Assembly (NCBI RefSeq): GCF_030028105.1
Contig: NC_092379.1
Span: forward strand, 16,504,719 to 16,568,718
Source: Mobula birostris
Taxonomy: Eukaryota
Reading direction: 5' to 3'
DNA length: 64,000 nt
Shown here: positions 25,303 through 36,589 of the stretch, piece after piece
Layout of the letters: the number at the start of each line of letters is the position of its first letter
Numbering within the stretch: position 1 is the first letter of the stretch
Program-made: the position numbers and the translations under genes
The notes under the pieces: model-generated
The model's database searches: none
What the model saw: the letters and a program-made list of their open reading frames with translations, nothing else
Told to the model about the DNA's origin: nothing

Positions 25303-26220
25303 ATGGGAAAACCTGCAGATGCTGGAAATTCAAGCAACACACACACAAAATGCTGGTGGAACGCAGCAGGCCAGGCAGCATCTCTAGGAAGAGGTACAGT
25401 CAACGTTTCGGGCCAAGACCCTTCGTCAGGACTGACTGAAAGAAGAGATAGTAAGAGATTTGAAAGTGGGAGGGGGGAGGGGGAGATCCGAAGTGATAGG
25501 AGAAGACAGGAGGGGGAGGGATGGAGCTAAGAATTGGACAGGTGATAGGCAAAGGGGATATGAGAGGATCATGGGACAGGAGGTCCAGGGAGAAAGAAAA
25601 GGGGGAGGGAGGAAGCCCAGAGGATGGGCAAGGGGTATAGCGAAAGGGACAGAGGGAGAAAAAAGTACGCTCTGTCTGCCAGAGAAAGCAGGATCTCCCA
25701 GTGGCCACACATTTTAATTCCACGTCCCATTCCCATTCTGATATGTCTATCCACGGCCTCCTCTACTGTAAAGATGAAGCCACACTCAGGTTGGAGGAAC
25801 AATACCTTATATTCCGTCTGGGTAGCCTCCAACCTGATGGCATGAACATTGACTTCTCTAACTTCCGTTAATGCCCCACCTCCCCCTCGTACCCCATCCA
25901 TTATTTATTTATTTTTATACACACATTCTTTTTCTCTCTTTCCTTTTTCTCCCTCTGTCTCTCTCACTATACCCCTTGCCCATCCTCTGGGCTTCCCCCC
26001 CTCCCGCTTTCTTTCTCCCTGGACCTCCTGTCCCATGATCCTCTCACATTCCTTTTGCCAATCACCTGTCCAGCTCTTGGCTCCATCCCTCCCCCTCCTG
26101 TCTTCTCCTATCATTTCAGATCTCCCCCTCCCCCTCCCACTTTCAAATCTCTTACTAGCTCTCCCTTCAGTTAGTCCTGACGAAGGATCTCGGCCCGAAA
26201 CGTCGACTGTACCTCTTCCC
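25303..26220. mobile_element. Penelope-like element: plus-strand 3' end (~25660-26220) with an inverted copy of its terminal region (~25395-25660)
   Basis: GIY-YIG C-terminus ...LEEQYLIFRLGSLQPDGMNIDFSNFR. Hammerhead-like motifs at 25398-25433(-) and 26173-26208(+). Confidence 0.85.
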
Positions 26221-27442
26221 ATGGAAGAAAAGATGGGCTGGCATTGGAGAGGGTCCAGAGCAGGTTCACGAGAATGATCCCAGGAATGAAAGGGTTAAGG
26301 CCTGAGGAGCGTTTGACGGCTCTGGGCCTGTGCCACTCAGAAGAATGAGGGAGGATCTCACTGAAACCTGTTCAGTGTTGAAAAGCCTCGACAGAGTGGA
26401 TGTGGAGAGGACGTTTCCTATCGTGGAGGAGTCTAGGCCCAGAGGGCACTGCCTCAGAATACAAGGACGACCCTTCAGAACAGAGGTGAGGAGGATGGTG
26501 AATCTGTGGAATTCTTTGCCACAGATGGTTAAGTCATTGTGTATATTTAAAGAGGAGGTTGGTAGACCACAAGAGCATAAGAGCAGAATTAGGCCATTTG
26601 GCCCATCGAGACTGTTCCATTTCATCATGGCTGATTCACTTCGCTCTCAGCCCCAAGCTCTACCTTCTCCCCGTATCCTTTCACGCCCTGACTAATCACG
26701 AAACTATCAACCTCTGCCTTAAATATACCTCGTAACTTGGCCTCCACAGCCACCTGTGGCAATGAGTTGCACAGATTCACCACTCTCTGGCTAAAACAAT
26801 CCCTCCTCATCTCCATGCTAAATGACTGATTGATGGCATCCGGCTGTCTGGAAGAACAATGGAGAGAGTGGCCTCTCCAGGGCACAAAGTACAGAGATCC
26901 TGAGAAGCCCAGTCGTCAAGATCCCCCTCTCGGCCCCACCAGTGTAGTCCAAAGGAAAGCTTATGAAGCGATACGTTTGGCTGCAAGAGCTGCTGGAAGG
27001 ATATTCAATGACATCCAGCCACCTTAGGGGCTCCACTCCAGATTCGCTGTCTGGGTTTACTCCCGTAGCCTTCGTCTCTCCCGAGGCTGCCCGCGTTTAC
27101 CCATAGCTAAATGGGCTTCCCTCTATTTTGAGACTTTATTCATTTTACTTTACATTACATTGCTTCAGTGATGTCACTATGGTATCAACTCTTTCTCTGA
27201 AGGTTTATTTATGTAATCTTGTAAATTGTCTGGCAGCCTTTTTGTTTTTTTTGTTTTGTCTGTATTTACTTTGTATTGTTTTGTATGTCTTCAGTACATT
27301 TTGTCTTTGTAAAACTGAAAATTGTAAATGAAGTATTGAACCTTCTCTGAACCCTCTCCAATGCCATCACATCCTTCCTTAGATAAGGGGCCCAAAATTG
27401 CTCACAACACTCCAAGCGAGGCCTCACCAGTGTCTTATAAAG

Positions 27443-28805
27443 CAGGGGTCCCCCAACCTTTTTTGCATTGCGGGCCGGTTTAATATTGACAATATTCTTG
27501 CGGACCGGCCGACCCGGCGGGGTGGGGGGGGAGGGTGGTAGGGTTGCCAATTAGCAGTCAAGTACATTGTAACACACATCAAAGTTGCTGGTGAACGCAG
27601 CAGGCCAGGCAGCATCTGTAGGAAGAGGTGCAGTCGATGTTTCAGGCCGAGACCCTTCGTCAGGACGAAACGTCGACTGCACCTCTTCCTACGGATGCTG
27701 CCTGGCCTGCTGCGTTCACCAGCAACTTTGATGTGTGTTGCTTGAATTTCCAGCATCTGCAGAATTCCTGTTGTCAAGTACATTGTGTTTATCCCGAGAA
27801 AGACTACAATGACCATGAAGCCTTGCGCGGGCACCTGTGTGCGCATGCGTGTATGTGCCGGTTTTTTTCTACCAATCGTTTTTGGCGATTCTGTTCAGGG
27901 AGGGGGTTAATCAAGACCGGAATATAGGTGATAAGTGGCTTATACACTCAGTTTCGTTTCTAAAATGGTTTATCTAACGAATTTAATATTAAATGCACAG
28001 CGCATATTTTCCTCGCATGAATATAGTGATAAGTCAATTATCAGGGGAGGACAGGGGAGCTTGAAGTAAGCGTTGAACGAACTTCCAGTAGAAGTGGTAG
28101 AGGCAGGTTCGATATTATCATTTAAAGAAAAATTGGATAGGTATATGGACAGGAAAGGAATGGAGGGCTATGGGCTGAGTGCAGGTCGGTGGGACTGGGT
28201 GAGAGTAACATTCAGCATGGACTAGAAGGGCAGAGATGGCCTGTTTCCGTGCTGTAATTGTTATATGGTTAAATAAGTCACTTATAAGTCAATAGCATCA
28301 TAACATTTTAAGTAACGTTTGGATATTAAACACACAGCACATATTTTCCCCGTATGAACATATAAAATCATTGCAACACACCAATATCGCTGAATCAGTG
28401 GGAGCCCTGGGCTTGTTTCCCTGCAACAAGACGGTGCCATCGAGGGGTGACGGGAGACAGCGATACTCGAACGGGGTTCCTTATGTCCAGTCTATTCCAC
28501 GATTTAGTTTTCGTTGCATTCATTGCAGAGATATGTTGGAAATGGATGCAACGTTTTCAGTGCTTTCGTGGCTATCTCAGGATATTTAGCCTTGACTTTG
28601 ATCCAGAATGCCGGCAGAGATGTTATGTCAAACATACTTTTCAGCCCGCCGTCATTTGCAAGCTCGGGGAGTTGATCTCTTTCCCACGCTGATATGGATG
28701 ACGCGCGGGTAATGACCTCGCGTGCGTTCAAGCTCAACGGTGGGTGTGACAGGGAATGAGGAAAGGTGCAGCTGACTCATATCACCAAATCATATCGTTT
28801 CCTCG
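27443..28805 (-). mobile_element. Non-autonomous hAT (Charlie/Buster-type) element, copy A; one terminus missing
   Basis: Starts CAGGGGTCCCCCAACC. TSD TTATAAAG at 27435-27442 and 28806-28813. Carries a dimerization-domain remnant FWIKVKAKYPEIATKALKTL.PFPTYLC. Confidence 0.85.
27571..27772. mobile_element. 202-bp palindromic Penelope-terminus insertion nested in hAT copy A
   Basis: 14-bp TSD GTCAAGTACATTGT (27557-27570 and 27773-27786). Inverted arms 27571-27643 and 27667-27739. Confidence 0.85.
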
Positions 28806-29412
28806 TTATAAAGCCTTAACATTACATCTTTGCTTATCGTTATAAAGCCTTAACATTACATCTTTGCTTTTATATTCTAGTCCTCTTGAAATGAATGCTA
28901 ACATTACATCTGCTTTCCTCACCACGGACTCAACCTGCAAATGAACCCTTAGGGAATCCTGCAAGAGGACTCCTAAGTCCACGCCCCACAGTTTTTTGAA
29001 TTTTCTCTACAGTTAGAAAATAATCTACACTTTTATTTCTTCTACCAAAGTCCATGACCATCTGCCTCTTCTTTGCCCATTCTCCAAATCTGTCTAAGTC
29101 TCTCTGCAGACTCTCTGCTTCCTCAACTCTACCTGCCCCTGCACCTAATTTCATATCGTCTGCAAACTTTACAACGAAGCCATCAAATCCATCATTCAAA
29201 TCTTTGACATACAATTTAAAAAGAATCGGTCCCAACACAGACCCCTGTGGAAAACCACTAGCCACTGGCAGCCGATCAGGAAAGGTACCTTTTATTCCCA
29301 CTCTTTGCCTCCTGCCGATCAGCCACTGCTTTATCCATGCTAGAATCTTTCTTTACAATACCACGGGCTCTTAATTTGTTAAGCAGCCTTATGTGTGGCA
29401 CCTTGTCTAAGG

Positions 29413-30592
29413 CAGCGGTCCCCAACCACCGGACCGCGAGGAAACAATATGATTTGGTGATATGAGTCAGCTGCTCCTTTCCTCATTCCCTGTCACGCTC
29501 TGTTGAGTTTGAACGCACGCGAGGTCATCACCCGTGCATCATCCATGTCAGCGCAGGAAGAAGATCAACTCCTCGAGCTTGCAAATGACGGCGGGCTGAA
29601 AAGTATGTTTGACATAACATCTCTGCCGGCATTCTGGATCGAAGTCAAGGCTAAATATCCTGAGATAGCCACGAAAGCACTGAAAACGGTGTTTCCATTT
29701 CCAACATATCTCTGCAATGAATGCAACGAAAACTAAATTGCGGAATAGACTGGACATAAGGAACCCCGTTCGAGTATCGCTGTCTCCCATCACTCCTCGA
29801 TCGGACCGTCTCGTTGCAGGAAAACAAGCCCAGGGCTCCCACTGATTCAGCGATATTGGTGCGTTGCAATGATTTTATATGTTCATACGGGGAAAATATG
29901 TGTTGTGTGTTTAATATCCAAACGTTACTGAAAATGTTATGATGCTATTGACTTATAAGTGACTTATATAACCATATAACAATTACAGCACGGAAACAGG
30001 CCATCTCTGCCCTTCTAGTCCGTGCCGAACGCTACTCTCACCTAGTCCCACCGACCTGCACTCAGTCCATAACCCTCCATTCCTTTCCTGTCCATATACC
30101 GATCCAATTTTTCTTTAAATGATAATATCGAACCTGCCTCTACCACTTCTACTGGAAGTTCATTCAACACTTACTTCAAGCTCCCCTGTCCTCCCCTGAT
30201 AATTGACTTATCACTATATTCATGCGAGGAAAATATGCGCTGTGCGTTTAATATTAAATTCGTTAGGTAAACCCTTTTAGAAATGAAATTGAGTGTGTTG
30301 GGCACTTATCACCTATATTCCGGTCGTGATTAACACCCCCCCCCCCCCCCAGAACAGAGTCGCCAAAAACGATTAGTAGAAAAAAAATTGGCACGTACAC
30401 GCATGCGCACACAGGTGCCGGCGCAAGGCTTCATGGTCATTGTAGTCTTTCTCGGGGTAAACACAATGTATTTGACTGCTACTCTTGTCCGTTGGAAACC
30501 CTACCCACCCCCCCACCCCCGGGTCAGCCAGTCCGCAAGAATATTGCCAATATGAAACCAGTCCGCAGTGCATAAAAGGTTGGGGACCCCTG
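29413..30592 (+). mobile_element. Non-autonomous hAT (Charlie/Buster-type) element, copy B, with intact ends
   Basis: TIRs CAGCGGTCCCCAACC (29413-29427) and GGTTGGGGACCCCTG (30578-30592), matching at 14/15. Perfect 8-bp TSD GTCTAAGG (29405-29412 and 30593-30600). Confidence 0.92.
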
Positions 30593-32221
30593 GTCTAAGG
30601 CCTTCTGAAAATTCAAGTACACAAGATCAACCGATTCTCCTTTGTCTATCCTGCTTGTTATTTCTTCAAAGAATTCCAACAGATTTGTCAGGCGAGATTT
30701 TCCCTTGAGGAAACCATGCTGACTTTGGCCTATTTTATCATATGACTCCAAGTACCCTGAGACCTCATCCTCAATAATCAACTCCAACGTCTTCCCAACC
30801 ACTGAGGTCAGACTAACTGGCCTATAATTTCCTTTCTACTTCCTCTCTCCCTTCTTGAAGAGTGGAGTGACATTTGCAATTTTCCAATTCTCCGGAACCA
30901 TTCCAAAATCTATTGATTCTTGAAAGATAATTTTTAAAGCCTCCACATGTCTTCAGCCACCTCCTTCAGAACCCTGGGGTGTACACCATCTGGTCCAGGT
31001 GATTTATGTACCTTCAGACTTTTCAGATTCCTAAACACCCTCTCCCGAGTGATGGCAACTTCACCCACATCTGCCCCCTGAAACTCTCAAACTTCTGGCA
31101 TACTGCTAGTGTCCTCCACACTGAAGACTGATGCAAAATACTTATTCAGTTCATCCACTATTTCCTATCCCTCATTACTACCTCTCCTGCATCGTTTTCC
31201 AGCACTCCAATATCTCCTCTCACCTCTCTTTTACAATTTATGTATCTGAAGAAACTTTTGGTATTCTCTTTAATATTATTGGCTATCTTACCTTTGTATT
31301 CCATCTTTTCCTCCTTTGCCTTTTTAGTTGTCTTCTGTTGGTTTTTAAAACCTTCCCAATGCTCTAACTTCCCACTAATTTTTGCTCTATTATATGCCCT
31401 CTCTTTGACTTCTATGTTGATTTTGACTTCTCTTGTCAGCCACGATTGGTCATCCTGCCTTTAGAATACTTTTTTTTTTGGTATGTATCTATCCTGCACC
31501 TTCCAGATTGTTCCCAGAAACTCCAGCTATTGCTGCTCTGCCATCATCCCTGCCAGTGTTCTTTTCCAATCAATTCTGACCAGCTCCTCTCTCATGCTTC
31601 TGTAATTTGCTTTACCCCATTGTGATACTGATACATCTGAGTTTTGTTTCTCTCTCTCAAACTGCTGGATGAATTTGATCCTATTATGATCACTTTCCCC
31701 TAAGGATTCCTTTTACCTTAAGCTCTCTGATCAATTCTGGTTCATTGCACAACACCCAATCCAGAATAACTAATGCCCTAGTGGGCTCAACCATGTGCTG
31801 CTTTAAAAAGTCATCTTGCAGGCATTCTACAAACTCACCCTCTTGGGATCCAACACCAACTTGATATTCTCAATCTACCTGCATATTGAAATTTCCCATA
31901 ACTATTGTAACATTACCCTTTCAACATGCATTTCCTATCTCCTGGTGCAACTGGTAGCCCACACCTTTGCTACTGTTCGGAGGTCTGTACGTAACTCCCA
32001 TCAGGGTCTTTTTACCCTTGCAGTTTCTTAACTCTACCCACAAGGTTTCTACATCTTCTGATCCTATGTCACCTCTTTCTAAGGATTTGATTTCATTTTT
32101 TTTTTTACCAACAGAGCTACCCCACCGTTTCTGCCTACCTGCCTGTCCTTTCACTACAATGTGTACTCTTGGATGTTAATCTCCCAGCTATAATTGTTAG
32201 GTATTAATATTGAAGTAGTAA

Positions 32222-33315
32222 AATGAATTCAGCAGTGGCTGGATGGGAGATGCCAGAGAGTAGTGGTGGATAACTGCTTGTCAGGTTGGAGGCCGGTGAC
32301 TGGTGGTGTGCCTCAGGGATCTGTACTGGGTCCAAAGTTGCTTGTCATATACATTAATGATCTGGATGATGGGGTGGTAAATTGGATGAGTAAGCATGCA
32401 GATGATACTAAGATAGGTGGATTTGTAGATAATGAAGTAGGTTTTCAAAGCTTGCAGAGAGATTTAGGCCAGTTAGAGGAGTGGGCTGAAAGATGGCAGA
32501 TGGAGTTTAATGCTGATAAATGAGAGGTGGTACATTTTGGTAGGACTAATCAAAATAGGGCATACATGGTAAATGGTAGAGCATTGAAGAATGCAGTAGA
32601 ACAGAGGGATCTGGGAATAATGGTGCATAGTTCCCTGAAGGTGGAATCTCATGTGGATAGGGCGGTGAAGAAAGCTTTTGGTATGCTGGTCTTTATAAAT
32701 CAGAGCATTGAGTATAGGAGTTGGGATGTAATGTTGAAATTGTACAAGGCATTGGTGAGGCCAAATTTGGAGTATTGTGTACAGTTTTGGTCATCAAATT
32801 ATAGGAAAGATGTCAATAAAATTGAGGGAGTACAGAGAAGGTTTACTGGAATGTTACCTGGGTTTCAGCACCTGAGTTACAGAGAAAGGTTGAACAAGTT
32901 GGGTCTTTATTCTTTGGAACATTTGGAACAAGGTTGAGGGGAGACTTGATAGAGGTATTTAAAATTATGAGGGGGATAGATAGAGTTGATGTGGATAGGC
33001 TTTTTCCATTGAGACTGGGGGAGATTCAAACAAGAGGACATGAGTTGAGAGTTAAAGGGCAAAAGTTTAGGGGTAACACGAGGGGGATCTTCTTTACTCA
33101 GAGAGTGGTGGCTGTGTGGAACGAGCTTCCAGCAGAAGTAGTTGAAGCAGGTTCGATGTTGTCGTTTAAAGTTAAATTGGACAGCTATGTGGACAGGAAA
33201 GGAATGGAGGGTTATGGGCTGAGTGCGGGTCGGTGGGACTAGGTGAGAGTAAGAGTTTGGCACGGACTAGAAGGGCTGAGATGGCCTGTTTCCATGCTGT
33301 AACTGTTATATGGTT
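32222..33315 (+). mobile_element. CR1 RT 3' half with UTR
   Basis: GVPQGSVLGP, ADDTKIGG, RPNLEYCVQFWS and NFFTQRVV-like motifs with stops and frameshifts. Ends in a GTTATATGGTTAT tail. Confidence 0.9.
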
Positions 33316-34240
33316 ATAATCTTCTTTCAGCCATGACTCTGATGCCCACAACATCATACCTGCCATTCCCCAACTATGAGTTCATTTACCTTACTCTGTA
33401 TACTGCAAGCATTTAAACATAACACCTACATAGGTTCTTGATTAACCAGGGTTACGGGGAGAGGGCAGGAGAATGGGGCTGAGAGGGTTGATGGAACGAC
33501 AGAGCAGACTCGATGGGCTGAATGGCCTAATTCTGTTCCTTATGGTCTAATGTTCGCCAGGCTGCAGGAGGGGTAGGATTATGCTGGAGGGGATTCACTG
33601 AGTTATTGCCAGGACCCTGGCTATGGGAAGAGACTGGACAGGTTGGTACCTCTTGCTCCAGAGCGGTGGAGGGTGTGGGGTGACCTGACAGAGGTTCATA
33701 ACGTTACGACAGGGACAGAGAGACAGCCGGTATCTTTTTCCTCAGGGTGAGGGGGTATTGTAAACAAAAGGGCGTGTTTGAGGTGGGAGGAGGGTGGCGA
33801 TTTAAAGGATAGGTAGGGAGGGTGCCAGAGGAGACAGTAGACAGTTAGTGCCTTTAAGGGGCCGTGAGACAGACATTGATCAGACAGGATTGGTGTAAGT
33901 GGGGCAGGTGCTATCGGGGGTGGGGTAGGGGAAATCGTCATAGAACATAGAACAGTACCGGTCCTTCAGCCCGCAATGTTGTGCCAGGCTTTTAACATGC
34001 TCCAAGATCAATCTAACCCTCCCTCCCATAAAACCCTCCATTCTGCTTTCATCCATGCACCTATCTAAGAGTTGGGAGGGCGTTCCACACACTCTCCACC
34101 CTCCGTGTATAAAACTGACCTCTGACGTTCTCCCCCCACCCTATACTTTCCACCGATCTCCTTAAAATTACGCCTCTCATATTAGTCATTTCCATCCTGG
34201 GGGGGGAGGCACTGGCTAGCCACTCTACCGACACCTCTTT

Positions 34241-34526
34241 GGGGCGGCACGGTAGTGTAGTGGTTAGCACAACGCTTTACAGTGCCAGCGACCAGGGTTC
34301 AATTCCCGCCACTGCCTGTAAGGAGTTTGTACCTTCTCCCCTGTGACCGATTGGGTTTCCTCTGGGTGCTCTGGTTTCGTCCCACAGTCCAAAGATGTAT
34401 CGGTTGATAGGTTAATTGGTCATTGTAAGTTGTCCAGTGGTTAGGCTAGGGTTAAGTCAGGGGATTGCTGGGCGGTGAAAGGCCGCAAAGGCCTGCTCCA
34501 CGCTGTATCTCAATAAATAAATAAAT
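34241..34526 (+). mobile_element. tRNA-derived V-SINE-like element
   Basis: tRNA-like head (GGTAGTGTAGTGGTTAG; GGTTCAATTCCC), central GGAGTTTGTA...GGGTTTCCTCTGGGTGCTCTGGTTTC...CCCAC domain, and an (AATA)n tail. Confidence 0.75.
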
Positions 34527-34719
34527 CTTATACACCTCTATCAAGTCACCTCTCATCCTCCTTTGCTCCAAAGAAAAAAAGCCCAAGCTCGTTCAACCTT
34601 TCCTTCATAACCTCATAAGGCAGGCTCTCCAATCCAGGCAGCATCCTGGTAAGTCTCCTCTGCACCCCCTCTAAAGCTTCCAAGTCCTTCCAGTCCTGAA
34701 CACAATACTCTAATGGTGG

Positions 34720-35530
34720 TCACAAAATACTCTGCAGATGCTGGGGTCAAAGCAACACTCACAAGACACTGGAGGAACTCAGCAGGTCGGGCAGCATCTG
34801 TGGAAACGATGGGTCGACGTTTCGTGCTGGAACCCTTCGTCAGGACTGTAGAGGGAAGGGGCAGAGGCCCTATAAAGAAGGTGGGGGGAGGGTGGGAAGG
34901 AGAAGGCTGGTAGGTTCCAGGTGAAAAACCAGTAAGGGGAAAGATAACGGGGTGGGGGAGGGGAGGCAGGGAGGTGATAGGCAGGAAAGGTGAAGAAGGA
35001 ATAGGGGAAAGCACAATGGGTAGTAGAAGGAGGCGGAACCATGAGGGAGGTGATAGGCAGCTCGGGGAGGGGGCAGAGTGACATAGGGATAGGGGAAGGG
35101 AGGGGGAGGGAATTACCGGAAGTTGGAGAATTCTATGTTCATACCAAGGGGCTGGAGACTACCTAGACGGTATATGAGGTGTTGCTCCTCCAACCTGAGT
35201 TTAGCCTCATCATGGCAGTAGGGGCTATGTATGGACATATCTGAATGGGAGTGGGAAGCAGAGTTGAAGAGGGTGGCAACCGGGAGAGCCTGTCTGTTGT
35301 GGCGGATGGAGCGGAGGTGCTCAACGAAGCGGTCCCCCAATCTGCGTCGGGTTTCACCGATGTAGAGGAGGCTGCACCGGGAGCACCGGATACAATAGAT
35401 GACCCCAACAGACTCACAAGTGAAGTGTTGCCTCACCTGGAAGGACTGTTTGGGGCCCTGAATGGTGGCGAGAGAGGAGGTGTGGGGACAGGTGTAGCAC
35501 TTACGCTTACAGGGATAAGTGCCGGGTGGG
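34720..35530 (-). mobile_element. Penelope-like element 3' fragment
   Basis: ORF 35113-35550(-): FTCESVGVIYCIRCSRCSLLYIGETRRRLGDRFVEHL (GIY-YIG). Hammerhead-like motif near 34812-34847. Confidence 0.85.
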
Positions 35531-35833
35531 AGAACTCTAATCGTGGTCAAACCAGGGTTTTAGAGAGCTGCAACGTTACCGCATAGCTCTTGAACTCAGT
35601 CCCCTGCCTAAAGAAAACCAACAAAGAATGTGCCATCTTGAAGCACTCTTATGAGCCAAATGGCCTGTTTATGTGCTATCCCACTCTGTGGGTCTAGAAC
35701 AGCCCAACGAATCACGTCACCCCGGGCTTGCGATTGATGACCTGAAGCCAATCTCTCGTGGCCGGCGTTACACACACTGAACACGTCCCCAGGGTGCTGT
35801 ACTAGACTTCCTGCCACCCTCCCCTCTCCCAAC

Positions 35834-35910
35834 TTACCCTTTCCCAGTGTCTGCTGGGATCTTCTCCATCGGGATGTCCGTGTTTACCCAGAGAGAGTCT
35901 GGACTGGATC
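35834..35910 (-). CDS. Candidate cytoplasmic-tail exon of the multi-C1 Ig-superfamily gene
   Basis: Strong acceptor CTCCCCCCACCCCCACAG. In phase 1 it reads (G)SSPDSLWVNTDIPMEKIPADTGKG-TAA. An alternative GTAAGT donor at 35837 overlaps the stop. Confidence 0.55.
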
Positions 35911-36420
35911 CTGTGGGGGTGGGGGGAGACAAACATCTGTCATTTCAGCAGGCATTCCCGGAGCCCGACCCAAACACCGGTCAGAGGTACAGAGCTAAGA
36001 ACGTCTCGTCCCTCCCTCACCCACGACCCCTGTCTCCCCATCCCAGGCTCGGCCTGCCTTCCGATCTCCCTATCTGCTCGTGTCTGTACCTTCACCGCTG
36101 TGTCTGCGACTGCTGTCTGACGTGCTCCGGTCTGTGTCTGCCGCCTGAACCCTCTGTCCCTGTCTGCGCCTGCTGTCGGACTTTGTCTGCGTCTGTACCT
36201 GCCGTCTACCTCCCGTCTGTGTCTGTGCCTGATGTCGGCCAACCCGTCTGTGTCTGCACTTCAAGTCTGTACAAGTCTGTGCCGGATGTCTGAACCCTGT
36301 AAACCGTATCTGCAGATGATTTTACATGAGGAGCCCCCCTCATCCAGGCCCGGACAACTGCCACAATCATCTGGCCAACTAGCACCACCCCCAAGGAGAC
36401 CATCGCAGAGGCAGACGAAC

Positions 36421-36558
36421 CTCTCCTCCTCTGCCGACAGGTCGAGATGCCATGGAAAATGCACAGCACGATGCTAGTGTAGATCACCAGCGCGGCCAAG
36501 GCAGCTGCAATCCACAGCCATCTGATCTCCCCGAGATACCAGGTCGGCTGGCAGGGTT
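36421..36558 (-). CDS. Connecting-peptide and transmembrane exon of the multi-C1 gene
   Basis: Acceptor TTTTCTGTGTCCTAG. 138 nt, phase 1-1: (E)PCQPTWYLGEIRWLWIAAALAALVIYTSIVLCIFHGISTCRQRRR. The hydrophobic span is followed by a basic stop-transfer cluster. The donor GTTCGT is weak. Confidence 0.7.
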
Positions 36559-36589
36559 CTAGGACACAGAAAACAGGTCAGTAATTAAC

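Larger units (their letters stand above)
27340..32205 (-). mobile_element. Long degenerate CR1 ORF2 interrupted by two hAT insertions
   Basis: EN remnant (VETLWVELRNCKGKKTLMGVTYRPPNS), RT remnants (QHGFLKGKSRLTNLLEFFE...VYLNFQKA; PQGSVLGP; FADD). The sequence rejoins in register across both insertions. Confidence 0.85.

Noticed and set aside
36206-36420. Read-through of the TM exon as a long cytoplasmic tail with tyrosines (TVYRV, DLYRL)
   Set aside because: Neither fits ITIM, ITSM or ITAM consensus, and the sequence becomes low-complexity. A better phase-matched exon exists at 35834-35910. Not fully excluded, because the donor is weak.
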